Below, piece by piece: positions 38,071 through 51,400 of a DNA stretch of 64,000 nucleotides. The position numbers and the translations under genes were made by a program. Each line of letters starts with the position of its first letter. Position 1 is the stretch's first letter. Below the pieces are notes generated by a model. It made no database searches. It was not told the origin of the DNA and saw only the letters and a program-made list of their open reading frames with translations. The stretch lies in NCBI GenBank assembly GCA_958009085.1, contig OY253668.1, forward strand, positions 992,001 through 1,056,000, written 5' to 3'. The DNA comes from Protoeuglena noctilucae (lineage: Eukaryota).

Positions 38071-39705
38071 ATGATGCGCCGCCCCGGCGCGGCGGGCGAG
38101 GCTGCCACCCTCTTCGTGCTGGCGCTCGGCTCCAACGTCGGCGACCGCGCTGCCCACCTGCGGGATGCCGTCGCGCGTCTCCGGGGCTCCGCCGGCGTGC
38201 GGGTGGAGCGTGTCTCTGGCATCTTCGAGACGGCCCCGGTGGGCGTCGAGGACCAACCGCGCTTCCTGAACGCGGCGCTGCTCTGCCGGGCGCCCCTCTC
38301 CCCTTCCGAGATGCTCCTGCGCGCCAAGTCCATCGAGGCCTACATGGGCCGCGACCTCGCCGCCGGGCCGCGCTGGGGCCCCCGGGTCATCGACGTCGAC
38401 CTCCTCTTCCATGCCGGGGGGCCCCTGCGCGCGGAGGCGCGCCCGGGGATGCCCCTGGAACTCCCCCATCCCCGGTGGCAGTCCCGAGACTTCGGTGAGG
38501 CGTCCAATTATCGCAGGCGAGAGAGCGGGGGGCCTCCTCGCATCGCCGTGCACCGACCCATCTTCTCCGTCGCACCTCTCCGCAGTCCTCGCGCCCGTCG
38601 CCGACCTGCTGGACCTGGACCAGCTCGACGCGCCTCGAGAAGACGATGGGCACGCGGGCGATGCGCACGTCACGGGCCTGCTGCGCCACGCCCACCATCT
38701 CTGGGCCCAGGTGCGCCGCCGCTCGGCCCGCCAGCTCTGCCCTCGACTCGGGCCGCCGCCGACCGCGTCAACTCCCCTGTCCGCCCACAGCGCCGCGCTG
38801 CGTCCCCCGCCCCCGACGTCGCCCGGGTGACGCCCATGCCCGGCGCACCCGGGGGCGTCCTGGACTGGCGGTCGCGCCCGCTGCTCATGGGCATCCTGAA
38901 CGTGACGCCCGACAGTTTCAGCGACGGCGGCGCGCACCGTGACGTGGCCGCGGCCGTGGCGGCGGCGCGCGCCCTGGCGGCCGAGGGCGCCGCCATCGTC
39001 GACGTCGGGGGGCAGAGCACGCGCCCCGGGGCCGCCCGGCTGCCCGCGGACGCCGAGGCGGCGCGCGTCATCCCCGTCATCCGCGCCATCCGCGCCTGCC
39101 CCGACCTCTCCGGCCTCCTCCTCTCCGTCGACACGTTCCACGCCGCCGTCGCCACCGCCGCCGTCCACGCCGGCGCCAGCCTCGTCAACGACGTGTCGGC
39201 AGGGGCCCTCGACCCCGCCATGCTCCCGGCCGTCGCCGCCACCGGCGCCCCCTTCGTCGCCATGCACATGCGCGGCGACCCCACCACCATGCAGCACCCC
39301 TCCCACACCGCATACCCGGACGTGGTGGCCGACGTGGCACGGGAGCTGTCAAGCGCCGTGGCGCGCGCGTGGGACGCGGGGATCGAACCGTGGCGCGTCG
39401 TCCTGGACCCCGGCCTCGGGTTCGCCAAGGGGGCCCAGGACAACGTGCGGCTCCTGCGGGAGGCGGGGGCCATGCGCGCCCGCATGGCCTGGGGCACCAT
39501 GCGCCACGCGCCGCTGCTACTGGGCCCGTCGCGGAAGGGCTTCCTGGGCGAGGTCGCGCACCGCGCCGACCCCCGGGACCGCGACGTGGCCACGGCGGCC
39601 GCGGTGGTGGCTGGCTATGTGGGCGGCGGCGACTGCTTCCGCGTCCACGCCGTCGGGCCGTGCCGGGACGCCCTCCGCGTCGCGCAGGCCACGTGGCCGA
39701 GGTAG
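38071..39705 (+). CDS. Bifunctional HPPK-DHPS (folate synthesis; FolK-FolP fusion), 2 introns
   Basis: LALGSNVGDR, DQPRFLNAA, RWGPRVIDVDLL, LELPHPR; then MGILNVTPDSFSDGG, DVGGQSTRPGA, SVDTF, MHMRG, LDPGLGF, GPSRKGF, RVH. Confidence 0.96.
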   Translation: MMRRPGAAGEAATLFVLALGSNVGDRAAHLRDAVARLRGSAGVRVERVSGIFETAPVGVEDQPRFLNAALLCRAPLSPSEMLLRAKSIEAYMGRDLAAGPRWGPRVIDVDLLFHAGGPLRAEARPGMPLELPHPRWQSRDFGEASNYRRRESGGPPRIAVHRPIFSVAPLRSPRARRRPAGPGPARRASRRRWARGRCARHGPAAPRPPSLGPGAPPLGPPALPSTRAAADRVNSPVRPQRRAASPAPDVARVTPMPGAPGGVLDWRSRPLLMGILNVTPDSFSDGGAHRDVAAAVAAARALAAEGAAIVDVGGQSTRPGAARLPADAEAARVIPVIRAIRACPDLSGLLLSVDTFHAAVATAAVHAGASLVNDVSAGALDPAMLPAVAATGAPFVAMHMRGDPTTMQHPSHTAYPDVVADVARELSSAVARAWDAGIEPWRVVLDPGLGFAKGAQDNVRLLREAGAMRARMAWGTMRHAPLLLGPSRKGFLGEVAHRADPRDRDVATAAAVVAGYVGGGDCFRVHAVGPCRDALRVAQATWPR

Positions 39706-40149
39706 GGAGGGCGCCGGGGGTGGTCGGCGACGCCAAGCAGGGGCAGGGCGCTGGCGGCGAGGGTCGCGTGGTTGCGATGGGGGGACTGGCGATGGGGGGG
39801 GCTGGCAGTGGGTTGGCGACGATGGAAGTGGCTGCAAGGGCATTCAAGCACGCGCTTCGTGACAGGGCTGCGCTACCTGCCCCCCTGCGCCCCGCCGCCG
39901 CTGCTCGTCGGAGGTGGGGCGGACTCTATGGCGCGGGAGTCGAGGGAAGGGAGAGGGAAAGGGACCGGGCCGAAGGGGGAGGGGGTGGCCCAGGGGACGA
40001 GGCCGGGCGGGGGCACCTGCGGCGCACGACGGGACCGGACGGCCAGGTGGGGTGTGAGCAAAGTGCTTGGGGTGTCGTTGAGAGCGTGCGACCCCGTGGG
40101 GTGCACATGCAGCGTACGGGGTGCGCCAGATGCGCAACTCCTACTGAGA

Positions 40150-43100
40150 TACTCACCGCGACGTTTGGTGTCGCCAACCCCTGCAGGGCCTCCGCCTCGC
40201 TGCCCTCCTCGACTGGGGGTGCCACCTGACCCCGGCCCAAGGCACCCTGGCCAGGCGCGGGCAGCAGCGACTGTGCCTCCAGAGCCCGCTGGCTGGGCCG
40301 ACTGGCGCGACCGCTCCGGGTCTGCTGCGGGGGCGGGGTTCGGCGGGGAGCGACGTGCTGAGCAAAGCACTATCGTCCAGCAAGCGTGCTCACTAGATGG
40401 CCAGCAAGGGTGCATCGAGGTGCTGCGTGCATCCAGGACCTAGAGGAGGTTATTGAAATCGAAAGCTGGATGGGCTTCGGCTGAGGATCGTGCGTGGGAG
40501 GTGCCACGCGTGTGGTGGGACTGCTACCCTCACCCGCACGGACGCGGAGTCAGGGGGGAGCGACTCTTCCGCCGTGGCAGCCCGCGTGCGCTTGCGCTCG
40601 GGCTCCTCTGCGCTGGTCCCCTCGCCAAGGTCCAGGAGGAGCTGCGGGGGTGACACAACACCACTCTCGCATGCACCGGGCACACACCGCGTGGGATGCA
40701 CGCATGCACCGGTGCATGTATGCTGCCATGCACACATACACACACATCTAGAACCATACATGAACCACGTCTCCCTCCCCATGCAGTCCCCTGCACCCCC
40801 GCGCCGTCATCGCCATTCATCGCTCACCTCAGCCGCCTCACGGTCGTTGCCCCAGGCCTCCGCCCCCGCCCGCAGCTCCGCCACGCGGCCCCGCCGCGCG
40901 CCCCGACCCGCAGCCCGCCGCTCCACACCACGCCCGCGCCCCCTCGCGGCCGGCAGTGCCTTCCGCGCCACCCGCTGCCTCGCCAGCCCCTGGCGGATCT
41001 GCGCTGGCGAGCTCAGGGAGGGGTCCGCCAGCCGCCCGACCTGCACCCCCTCCGTCTGCGCCAGCTCCTCGTAGGCTGCACGGTACTCCTGCAAGCACGC
41101 ACGCCCCTCGCGCATCACCAGCCATGGCCCACGCATCTCCCGCCCCCAGCTCCCCAGCACCCCGTGCCTCCCAACATGAAAGCATGTGCCAATAGCAAAC
41201 CCCGCGTCTCACCTGGGGAGCCGCGTCCCACGTGGCCAGCAGCGCCTCCTGCACAGCCGCGTCGCTGAGCCGGGGCCGCACCCCACGCACGGCACTGGCG
41301 CGCTCCTCTGAGAATAGGCGGAAGCCGAGGGTGAGCGCCAGGGCCCCGGGGAGAGGAGGCAGTGGCGGCAGGGGCGGTAGGGGCGGCAGTGCGGGGGGGC
41401 CAGGGTGGCCCTTGCCAGAGCCGCGCTCGAGCCACGCCGAGACGCCGGGCGGCATCTCGACCTCGACGCGCGTGGTGGGAGGGAGGCCCAGCTGCTCCCG
41501 GGCGACTTCCAGGAAGAGCGCGTGCATGGCGGAGAGGGCGGCAGCGGCGCGGAGCGAGAGGGCGGGGCCGCACGGCTGGTCGGCAATCTCACGCAGGCCG
41601 GCGGAGAGCTCAGCGGCGGCCCAGGGCGGGGGGGAGCCACGGGGGAGGTGCACGGCGGTGGCGGGAGTGGCGGGGCTGGGCCCGGGGAGCGGGCCGGGTG
41701 GGGTGGCGATGGGGTACATGGGGGTGCGCTGGGAGGGCAGGGGCAGGGCGGGCGAGGGGGCGGCGGGGTCGGCGAGGCCGCCCAGGAAGGCCTCCGCCAG
41801 CAGCGGCTCGTCGAGGCTGCGGGCGGCGCGGTGGGGTCAGCGGTTGCGACGGCATGGGGCCCATCAGCATCAGGCATGGGGGGCAGCGCGGTGCCATGCA
41901 TGCAGGCGCCGCCTGGCAAGCCCACCCCAGGGTCTCCACGACGGCCTGCGCCGACGGCAGCTGCCTGCCGATCGCGAGGGCGAGCTGGGTGAAGGGGGAG
42001 AGGATGCTGGGGCCGGAGAACCTGGGGAGCGAGGGGAGGGCAGGGCCTGTGACGCGCCATCTCGGCGGCCGCCGAGAGCCCGCCGGCGCCTGCCCTCGCC
42101 TCATGACTTTGCCCGTTTCTTCGTCTTGGTACCGAAGCTCAAAGCGGGGCGGATCCGCGCCGCCCTGGCCGCGCCCGCCTGCGAGCAGAGACCCCGGCCG
42201 CGATCGCTCGCCCGCCCTCGCCGCGCGTCGCTGCGGCCCGGAACGCCGCCCACCGGCATCGAAACTCGTTCTCAGCAAATGTGGGTGTCGCATCGCGCAC
42301 GAGGAGGGCTCAAGGAGGCGCGGAGCGGCCTAGGCAAGTGCGCGCCGTAGCACGCAGAAACCGTGTCGCGGGCCCCAGGAACTGGCCTGGGCGCGTTGTC
42401 CATGCCTCCACACACTTCCCTTCGCCCTATTCCAGCCCACCAACTCACCGGGAGACTCGGCGCCGAGCAGGTGCTCCAGTTGCAGCCGCATGTTTCCCGT
42501 CGTGAGCTCCAAGACCACGCCGGCCGGGAGCCACAGGCATCGCCCCCCCAGCAACCAGACTGCGGTGAACGCGAGATCGTCCAGCTCCGCGGGGGGCCGG
42601 AGGGGGTGGCGAGCGCGTGCGGCAGGGGGCGTGATGCTGCCAACGGAGCGTCCGAACAGCGCTTCGAGCTAGCTTCCAGCTGACGAAGCGTTGGAGGCTA
42701 TCGTAAGACACGTGCTGGGCTCGCCGACGCGCTCGTCACCGTGAGGGGGGCCTTCGCATTTAGCGCGGGTGCCGACACCCCCCGCGGACCCGTCCGCGAG
42801 CCGGACGAGGACCGGTGGATTCCGGAGGAGGCAGAACGGCAAGAAGATTGTGCGCATCGCGCGAGGGGGGCCGTCCAGGGCCCCGCGCGGCCGGGACGGC
42901 GTCGGATCCGAGAGCCAGCGGCCCCACGCGGGTGCGGAGCGAGGCGCAGGCGATTGTGAATTGAAAGCCGTGAAGACTGCGTCGCGGGACTGCGCTCTTC
43001 CAATTTCCTGGGTCTACCCCTCCCCTGACCCAGGTGCTGCCACGCCCGACCCGCCCAGGGACCGAGCGGCGCCCGCCACCCTCCCCGCGGCCGCCAGCAG

Positions 43101-46100
43101 CACCGCGTCAGAGACCCCCAGACCGCGGGCCAGCTCAAGCACCGCGCGGCTCGGCTCGGGGAGGTCGGCTGGCAAGTCCAGCGGCGCGCTCGGCCTTCCC
43201 ACCGCAAGCACCGACTCCCGCAGCGCAGGAACACGTACTGCTGGCACGCCCCTAACAGCGACGGGCGCGGCGAGGCCCCGGGGGGCTGCGGGTGGCTTGC
43301 GCGCCGGCTGCGCCGCGCACACCGCCTGGGCCTCGTCGCGCACTCGTGGCAGCTGGGCGCATGCCAGCCGTGCCTGCCTCGCCGTTTCCTGCGCGCGCAC
43401 GCGCCGGTCGGTTCGCATCGCACTCGCGCCGCGGCGTTTTTTCCCCCTGCCAGCCCGCAGCGCCTCGCCTGCTCTGGGTCGACGTCCTCCGGGAATTCGA
43501 CATCTGTGCGCGCCAGTGGGGCGCGGCAGGCGGGGAGGAGCGTCTCCGGGTCGAGGGCCCATGCTGGGGCGTCTCCGAGAACGAGCACGTCCACCCCTTC
43601 GTCGCACAGGGCCGCTTTGATGCGCGACACCTGCGGCGACTCAAAGACCCGACATGTGCCGAGAACCGGAAAAACAAAGCAAGGTGCTGTAATAGACCAA
43701 AACTAACGCCGGGACGCACCGGTGTCGGCTTCGACGCCCGCTCTTTCTCTGCGGGGCTCCGTGCCGCACGTGCCGCGCCCCTCAGCAGGCCCTCCACGAG
43801 GGCGTAGACAACCCCGGCGGCCCCGTTGCAGGCCGCAGCGACGTCGCGCTGCGGGACGCCGTGCCTCGCGCGCGCCGCCGCCCGCAGGCTCGAGAGCAGG
43901 GAGAGGAACGAGGTGTCGACTCCCACCCGTTGTGCAAGGGCGCCCGCCGCCGCCCCCGCCAGCCTGCCCCGGCTGTGCTCGTATGCCGGCACCTGCCACT
44001 CCATCAGGGGCGGCTCCCCAGCGTTGATCGCCACGACGTCCCACGCCGCGTCGGCGCCGGGATCACCGAACGGGGGCCACCGCCCTGCCCACCCCCGCGC
44101 CCACGGGAATGAGGCGCCAGGCGGCGAGGCGCAAGGCGGCAGGGAGAGCAGGACAGGGGACGCCGCGAGGGCATGGGCGCCGAGGGAGCCGCGCGTGGCG
44201 ACGACCCGGGCCTCTTGTGCCGGTGTGAGGCGCACCCCACACACGAACGGGTCGGGGCGCGTCAGCTGGCTTTGACCTGCCGACTCCCATCGCTGCAGTT
44301 CCTCGTCGATGGCTTGGAGGAGGTCGGGCCGGGAGGTCTGGACGTCGAACCCCAGCTGCACGCTGAGGTGCCGCATGAGCTGCGGGAGCGGTGAGAGGGA
44401 CTTGCTTGCAGGGCGTGCCGACGGGGCGCCTGATGTGCGCTGTGCAGGCGAGGCAGACAGTTTGATGGAGACGGGGAAAGATGAAGTGGGAACTGACGAC
44501 TGCTTGCTCATCGCACCATGGCATCCCTGTCGCTCTCTAGCTACTCCTGCCCGTCACTCGCCTGCACAGTGGACGTGGATTTCCGATCGGCCGCCGACAG
44601 TGCCGCGCGGATGGCTTGGCGAGCGCCCAGCGGCAGGGTCGCGCCGGCACGGGGCGCCAGGCACCATGCGCACGTGTCACGGGTGAAGCGGTTGACGTAG
44701 CAGCACTCCCGTCCAGCACCTGCACCGGTTGAGCGGGTGAGCGTGACGAACTCCAATATACACATTAGTGGAGTACTAAGACGGGGCGCCTGCTGCCACG
44801 GTCAACGCGTTGCCATCATCGACATGTGTCGCACGTGCCGTCTCACCCAGACCATCGCACCACTGAGGGAATTGCAACTGTCCTCACCCCCCCTACCCAC
44901 CGCATCCTCTCCGTCTCACCTTCCTCTCCCCCGCTGTCCACCGGCTCCCCCTCCACTCCCCGCGCCCACCCCCGGCGTGGCACGTTTTCCGCCAAGGCCA
45001 CACGGCACGTCCATGCACCGGGCTCCCCGAGGCCCCCGCCTGCACCAGAGGTGCCAGAGGCGGCCGCTCTCTCCCGGTCGTAGCGCTGCTTGTCGAGGGA
45101 CGCCGCGAACACGAAAGGCTGGCGACGGTCCTCATTCATCGCCTTCCATTCTGCCACCGTCTGGGGAGAGGGGTGGCACTGAGCGATGAGCGAGGGGTTG
45201 AATGTGAGTCATCGGAGCACGTTTATTGTGCGTGGAAAGGGAAAGGCGCCAAAAGACAGCCCGGTTGGCATGGCCAGAGGAGGTCACAATGCCAGTCACT
45301 GCTCGTGGCTTTCTGTGTCACATTTGCAAGCGGTGTGTGTATGTGTCCCGTAAGCGTCACCGCAAGGCACCTGTTTCATGGCGGCGGACTTATGAGCTTC
45401 TTGTTCTATCCACTCAGGTGATTTGGCTGCGTGGCGGTGGCGGATGAAGATGACCTGGGCGGTGAGGAAGCGAGAGGGGCCCGCCTGCATGCAGATGTCG
45501 GGGAGCAGAGAGGTGACCCATTTGCACAGGGAAATGGTGGTGAGCATGACCGGCTGCTTGCAAATCACACCGCGACGGGCAGCACGCGTTTTCTGACCTG
45601 CACCTTACGGCGCTTGGCCCCCGTCTTTGGGGCCGCACCGCCGGCAGAGTCGGAGCGAGCCACTCCCTTCGCGGAACCCTCGCTCGCCGCTGACCCCTCG
45701 CCCGCCAGTGCCGCCCCCGAGGGCTCCAGTCGCGGTCGCTTGGGCGGGGCCCGAGAGCGCAAGCCCTCCTGCTGCAGCACCGCGCGGGCCACTGCGGGGG
45801 CGTCGAGCGTCACGACGTGCAGCAGGTGAGCATGGACGCGGGCAGCGAGTCATAAGGGCCGGCATGGAACACAACAGCCCCTCGCGGCCTGTTCGTGACC
45901 CCACACCACCCCAGGGCCTAGGGATTGTTGATGGGACACGATGAGCCGCGAAACACTGATGGTGCATCATTCGGTGGTGGTAATCCTCACCCGCTTCCGT
46001 GCCCGTCGCCACGATGCGGTCGCGGCGGATGCAGCGGGCTCTTTCTGCCCACGCCGTGAGGGCCGCAGCGTCGTCGTCGTCCGTCGCGCCGTGCGGGATG

Positions 46101-46611
46101 ACCAGAATGACCGACGCCTCGCGTCGCGTCTCGCGCTCGTGCGTCAAGAAGGCCGCGCCAGCGCGCGCCACGGGCCACAGAGCTGCCAAGGGCCCGTCAC
46201 GTTCCAAGAACAGACCCGCCAGCGCCTCAGCGCCGGCCTCGAAAGACGCGATGGGTCCCGATGATTCCGCGTCGTCCTCCTCCAGCGCCGCGGACGCGTG
46301 CGGGGGGAGCGCGCGCCCCTCGCCGGCCTCGGCCCAGGCACGCGCCTCGTCCCGCGGGCACAGCGCCCACGCCTCCGCCAGTGCCAGCGCAGGGGCTCCG
46401 CCATCCGTTGCCCTTAGTCCTTCCTGTTCATCGGCACCCCAGGCGCTGACCGCGGCTGAGCCGGGGCCTGCGCCAAAGCCTCGGGGACGTGAGTCTTTCG
46501 TGGCCCCCCGCGCGGCGAAGGGAGAGGTATTGCGGGCACCAAACTCCGCGATGGCTCACCTAAAAGTCTGGAGATGCTGACATGCCCGTGGCGTGGCGGG
46601 GCTGCGCTCAT
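40150..46611 (-). CDS. Large multi-exon gene with two HMG-box-like domains and a RanBP2-type zinc finger (may be two genes; 3' end approximate)
   Basis: HMG box LTAQVIFIRHRH...TVAEWKAMNEDRRQPFVFAASLDKQRYDRE (~45480-45070); WTC...CCYVNRFTRDTCAWC; second HMG-like FRLFSEERASAVRGVRPRLSDAAVQEALLATW...EYRAAYEELA (~41320-41060). Confidence 0.55.
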
Positions 46612-46881
46612 TGCGTCCCCAAGCGGCGAAGTGTCGGCGTGGGGTACGTGTACAGAGCGCCCAGGTGCCAGGCCAGCCAGGCGAGCACCGCCGGCGCACC
46701 TGGTGTCGATAGACGAGATCGCGCGCGCTGAATTGATGTTTCGTTCAACCCCCCTGGATTTGCCCTGTCAGAAAACTCATCGGAGCGTTCAACTGATTGC
46801 CAAAAGGCTACCAATCCGTGGAACAGTGGAGGGTGACGGCGATGCAGACACCTCAGTGGTCGGCATGAGCAGTGAGCTCCA

Positions 46882-47899
46882 TCACTTCTTCTTCTTCTTC
46901 GCCCCCTTGGCCTTCATGGCCTCCTGGGCCCCCGTGGCGAACTCCTCGTAGAAGATGATCTGGCCGTCTTCAGCGCTGATCTGCAGGAGCAACACTGGAC
47001 GCTTGATGACGCCTCCAGCCACCCCGGCTCCATCAACCAGGACCCTCCATGACCCCTCCAGCCCCTCCAGCCACACCGACATCCATCTGGGATAGTAACA
47101 GTGCTCGCCTGCAACTTGTCGAATGTCTTGACCTCCTCAACGAAGGCGTCAAACTCCTCCACCGTCATCGGCGCAGCGCCGCACTGCACCCGCAGCAGAC
47201 TCCGCGCGATGCAGCACAGCTCGCCCAGAGAGGATGCCAGCGGCAGCCTCAGCGCATCAACAGCCGCCAGCAGGCACGGCACCTTGAGGAGGTAGTTGCG
47301 GCAGTCGTCGAGTTTCAGGTACCCCCGCATGTGCCCATCGTACATGAGCGTGTCGAGGACCTGGAACGCGCGAACGAGCTTCATGTCCTGCTCCATCGCC
47401 GCCGGAGACTCGAGATTCTGCATGAGCTCTGCGGAGGGCGCGGAAGGCGGCGGTGAGGGCGCGGGGCGGTGTGGGACGGAAGTGTGCCTGCCGCGCAGTC
47501 CCCGCAGCTCGCCGTAGAAGTCCTGCCACGACACGTCCTTCATGTTGGCGATGTCCTTCCCGATCGACTTGAGGAAATCCTTCAGGTCGTTTACCGGCAT
47601 GTTCTCCCCCACGACCTCCAGGAGTCGCGAACACACCTCGAAGCTGATGGCACCCGTACCCTGCTCATCGAAGAGCGCAAACCCCTCTCGGCATCTGCGT
47701 CATGCGCGACATGAATCATTCGAGCGACGCGCGCCTGAGAAATGGGACCGGACGCAGCGCGCGGCCGCGAAACGCCCGCTCACTTGGTCTCCAGCGCAGG
47801 CGGCAGCGGATCCGGGCCCCGGATCTCCGGCTCCACGTCCAGCTTGCGCTGTGACTTCTTCTTCCCCCCCGTCTTCTTCTTTGGGCTTTTGGGGCCCAT
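46882..47899 (-). CDS. Divergent calmodulin-like EF-hand protein with Lys-rich termini
   Basis: MGPKSPKKKTGGKKK..., CREGFALFDEQGTGAISF, LVRAFQVLD, DGQIIFYEEF, ends AKKKKK*; two GC-AG introns. Confidence 0.75.
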
Positions 47900-48484
47900 G
47901 GCCCTGCGGCGCAGAGCGTGTCAGCGGACATGCCATGCAACGCAACTTGTCGCTGCGCTGGAGCGCCCATGGGCTCCTGATAACGCTGGCCCCGCATGCA
48001 GCTAATAGTCGTCATCCTACCTTCAGCCCTGCCTTGTCCGCCTCTCTCCGGGAGTGCCTGGCGAGCGGAGCGCTACAGGGGACGGTCCATGCGTGCCTGT
48101 GCGCGCAGGGCTGGTCAACGCTGATGTCCTAACGTAATGGTCGCGATATCTGCTGTCACATGGCAGTAACGGTGCTGCTCGAAACGTGGAGGAACGGCTT
48201 TTCAGGTGTCGCTGACGGGGCCACGTCAGAGAACCAGCCTCAGGGTCGCACAAGCGCTTGTCTCGGCCCGTCTGGCAACAGACGCACGGAGACGCCTTTC
48301 AAATGTGCGTTCGTGCAACCTCTGCGCCAAAGTAACCCGCCTCGCCGCGCGAACTCGCAGCCGTGGCTGTCCCCTTCCCCCCGCAAGACTACGTGGCGTC
48401 TGCCCACCGGACTAGCCTCTGGTGCGTACACCGCGAGTCCTTGCACTCCTCGCCGTCGGCGGACGCGTGTTGAGAGTCGGGGAG

Positions 48485-51400
48485 ATGTCGGGGGGCCACG
48501 GGACCCTGAAGCTGATGGCAGCGGACGGCGTCAAAGTCTACTGCGTCAGCGGGGGGAAGAAGCTGCCCGAGTGGGTGAATGAGAAGAAGGAGCGCAGGAA
48601 GCTCGCCAAGGACGTCGAGTATCGGTGCGGGGCGGGGCGCGGGACGGATGCGCGGCCCCCTCACGGCTGCTCCCCCGCGCCGCAGCGGCGGACGCGTCCG
48701 CGGAGGGATTGGTGCATCGCAACCTGAATATCGTGCATGTAGCTGTCCAGGGCGGTCTGCTATGCCGTCCCGTAGCGCGTAGCTCGCCCTCTCCGGGGCT
48801 GTGCACGGGCTCTGCTGCGTCCCTGCGCCCGCGAGGGCTCACCGCCTCCCAAGTTTCCCCCCGCAGGCGCCGTATCGAACTCATACAGGACATGCACTTC
48901 CCCAGCGCGTGCGTCCGCATCAAGCTCACCCCGGACGGCCAGCACATGCTCGCGACGGGCACGCACCCGCCGCAGCTGCGGGTCTTCGACCTGACGCAAA
49001 TGGCGATGAAGTTCGACCGGCACTTTGATTCAGAAATCGTCGATTTCCAGGTACTTGCTGACCGGCGCGGGCTTCCCGGCGCGCACGGGAGGGAGACGGG
49101 TGTTCTTCTCACAAGGGCGTTGATGCAGCTGCTATCAGACATCCCCGCGCCGTCCCGCGCCCCCAGATTCTCGGCGAGGACTACGGCAAGCTCGCGATCC
49201 TCTGCTTTGACCGCAGCGTCGCATTCCACGCCAAGTATGGCGCACACTACCGCATCCGGTGAGCGAGAGGGGCGTGGACAAAGGGCGCAGCGTTGTGCGT
49301 CATGCAGGCGGCAACTGCGGTTGAGGAGTCTCACACAGGCTTCACGGGGCGCTGTTTGCATGTCAGGTCCCCCACTAATGACACGCGTGCTTATGGCTAC
49401 TTCTGTTCCCTGACCTTCTCAGGTTCCCCCGCCAGGGCCGTGACATGGCGTACCTGCCCTTCCTGGGAGACCTGGTGGTCGTGGGCAGCAGCCCCGAGGT
49501 GAGGAAGCGTGCTTAAATGATAAGGGTGGTGATGCGGGTGAAGCGAGCACCATAGGACACCATCTCGCCACTCCATCCACGCACCGCCACCCCCACAGAT
49601 GCACCGCTTACCCGTCCACACCATCCCACCCACCCAATTCGCAGATATACCGCCTCAGCCTCGTGGAGGGCCGCTTCCTGTCCCCCGTCTCCTCGTCCCT
49701 CCCGGGCATCAACGCCTGTGGGTGGTCGCCCTCTCACGGCTTGCTAGCATGCGCGGGGGAGGACGGGGTGCTCGAATGCCTCGACATGAGGGCGCCCAAG
49801 GCAGTGGGGCTGCTGGGGGCGGCGGCGGCTGTGGGGGCGGACGGGCAGGGTTTGACGGCGGTGCGGTGAGGGGCGGTGGGTGGTGTGGGGGGTGGGAGGG
49901 GCGCATAGAGGCTTGGAGGTCTGACACAAGTTGCCGGTGCAGCCCACCCATGCAGTTGACTGCGAAGATGGGCCACGTTATCGACCCACACACCTCGATC
50001 CGTCGCTCCCTGCACTGGTGACCCACCCACCCACCTCCTCACGACGCCACTGCCTGTCGCCCCCTCAGCTTCGACGATGCCGGGATGTCCGTGGCCGTGG
50101 GGACGTCCGAGGGCGTCGTGGGTGTCTTCGACCTCCGCTCCTCTCGGCCCCTGGTCTCTAAGGACCACATGTACGGCGCACCGATCGTGGACATCAAATT
50201 CCACCAAGGGGGCATGGATGGGCTCGGGGGTGAGAGGGAGGCATCAACTATGCGTGCATGCATCCGATGATCCATGGCTGACGGACGATGGTGGTGTGAT
50301 GGGGAACGCGGGAGTGATGTGGCTGACAATAGATGGGCGCACGTGGGCGGTGATGGCAGACTTCTCGCAGGCGGGCTCTGGCTGGTTATGGGGCTCTAGA
50401 GTTCTGTGACATGCCAAAACCCGCCTGTGAGAGGTCTGCCATCAAATGGCTTGGGTAGCTCGACGCCCGCACATGCCAAGCAACCCTTGCGCATTTGCCA
50501 TCCATGCCTCCGTCCACCGCCCCACCCCTCGTTCCCCGCCAAAAGCGCCGCGTCGTGTCAGTTACTGCCATCCAACCCAGTACCATCACATACCCCACCC
50601 GTTTCTCTCTGCTCCAGAGCGCCGCGTCGTGTCGACGGACACCAAGATCGTCAAGATCTGGGACGTGCGCACGGGTGCACCTTTCACGTCCATCCAGCCC
50701 CTGGGCAAGGTGGGCGACCTCAACGACGCCTGCGTGCACCCCCACTCGGGTCTGATCATGGTGGCGTGCGACGCGCCCCACATCCACTCCTTCTTTGTGC
50801 CTGCCCTGGGGCCGGCACCCAAGTGGTGCTCCTTCCTGGAGAGTCTCACGGAGGAACTGGAGGAGAACAAGGAAGCCACCATCTACGACGACTACAGGCG
50901 AGGGGTGGCTGATTGGGAGGGGGGGTTTGGGGGTGGTGGTGGTGGCCAGGCGGGGTGGTGTGTGCGCGTGCGGGTGCGGTGTTGGTGTGCTGTTGTGATA
51001 AGCTGATGTACGGTGTGTGCGCGTGCGGGTGCGGTGTTGGTGTGCTGTTGTGATAAGCTGATGTACGTGTGTGGGTGATGGTGAGGGCAGGCAACAACGC
51101 CTTATCATCTTACACCCTGCACTAGCCCCACCCTGCCCCTCTCCTCGCCCCTCACCTCCGCATGCCATCGCATGACCCAGCCCCCCTCCCTCTCCCCCCC
51201 AGGTTCGTCACTCGCGCGGAGATCGACTCCCTGGGCCTCACGCACCTGATGGGCACGGCCCTGCTGCGCGCGTACATGCACGGATTCTTCATCGACGCAA
51301 GGCTGTACGCCAAGGCCAAGGCCATCGCCAAGCCATTCGACTACGAGGAGTACAAGTGAGTGGTGGGTCATTGCTAAGCCTTGAGTACAAGTGAGTGGTG

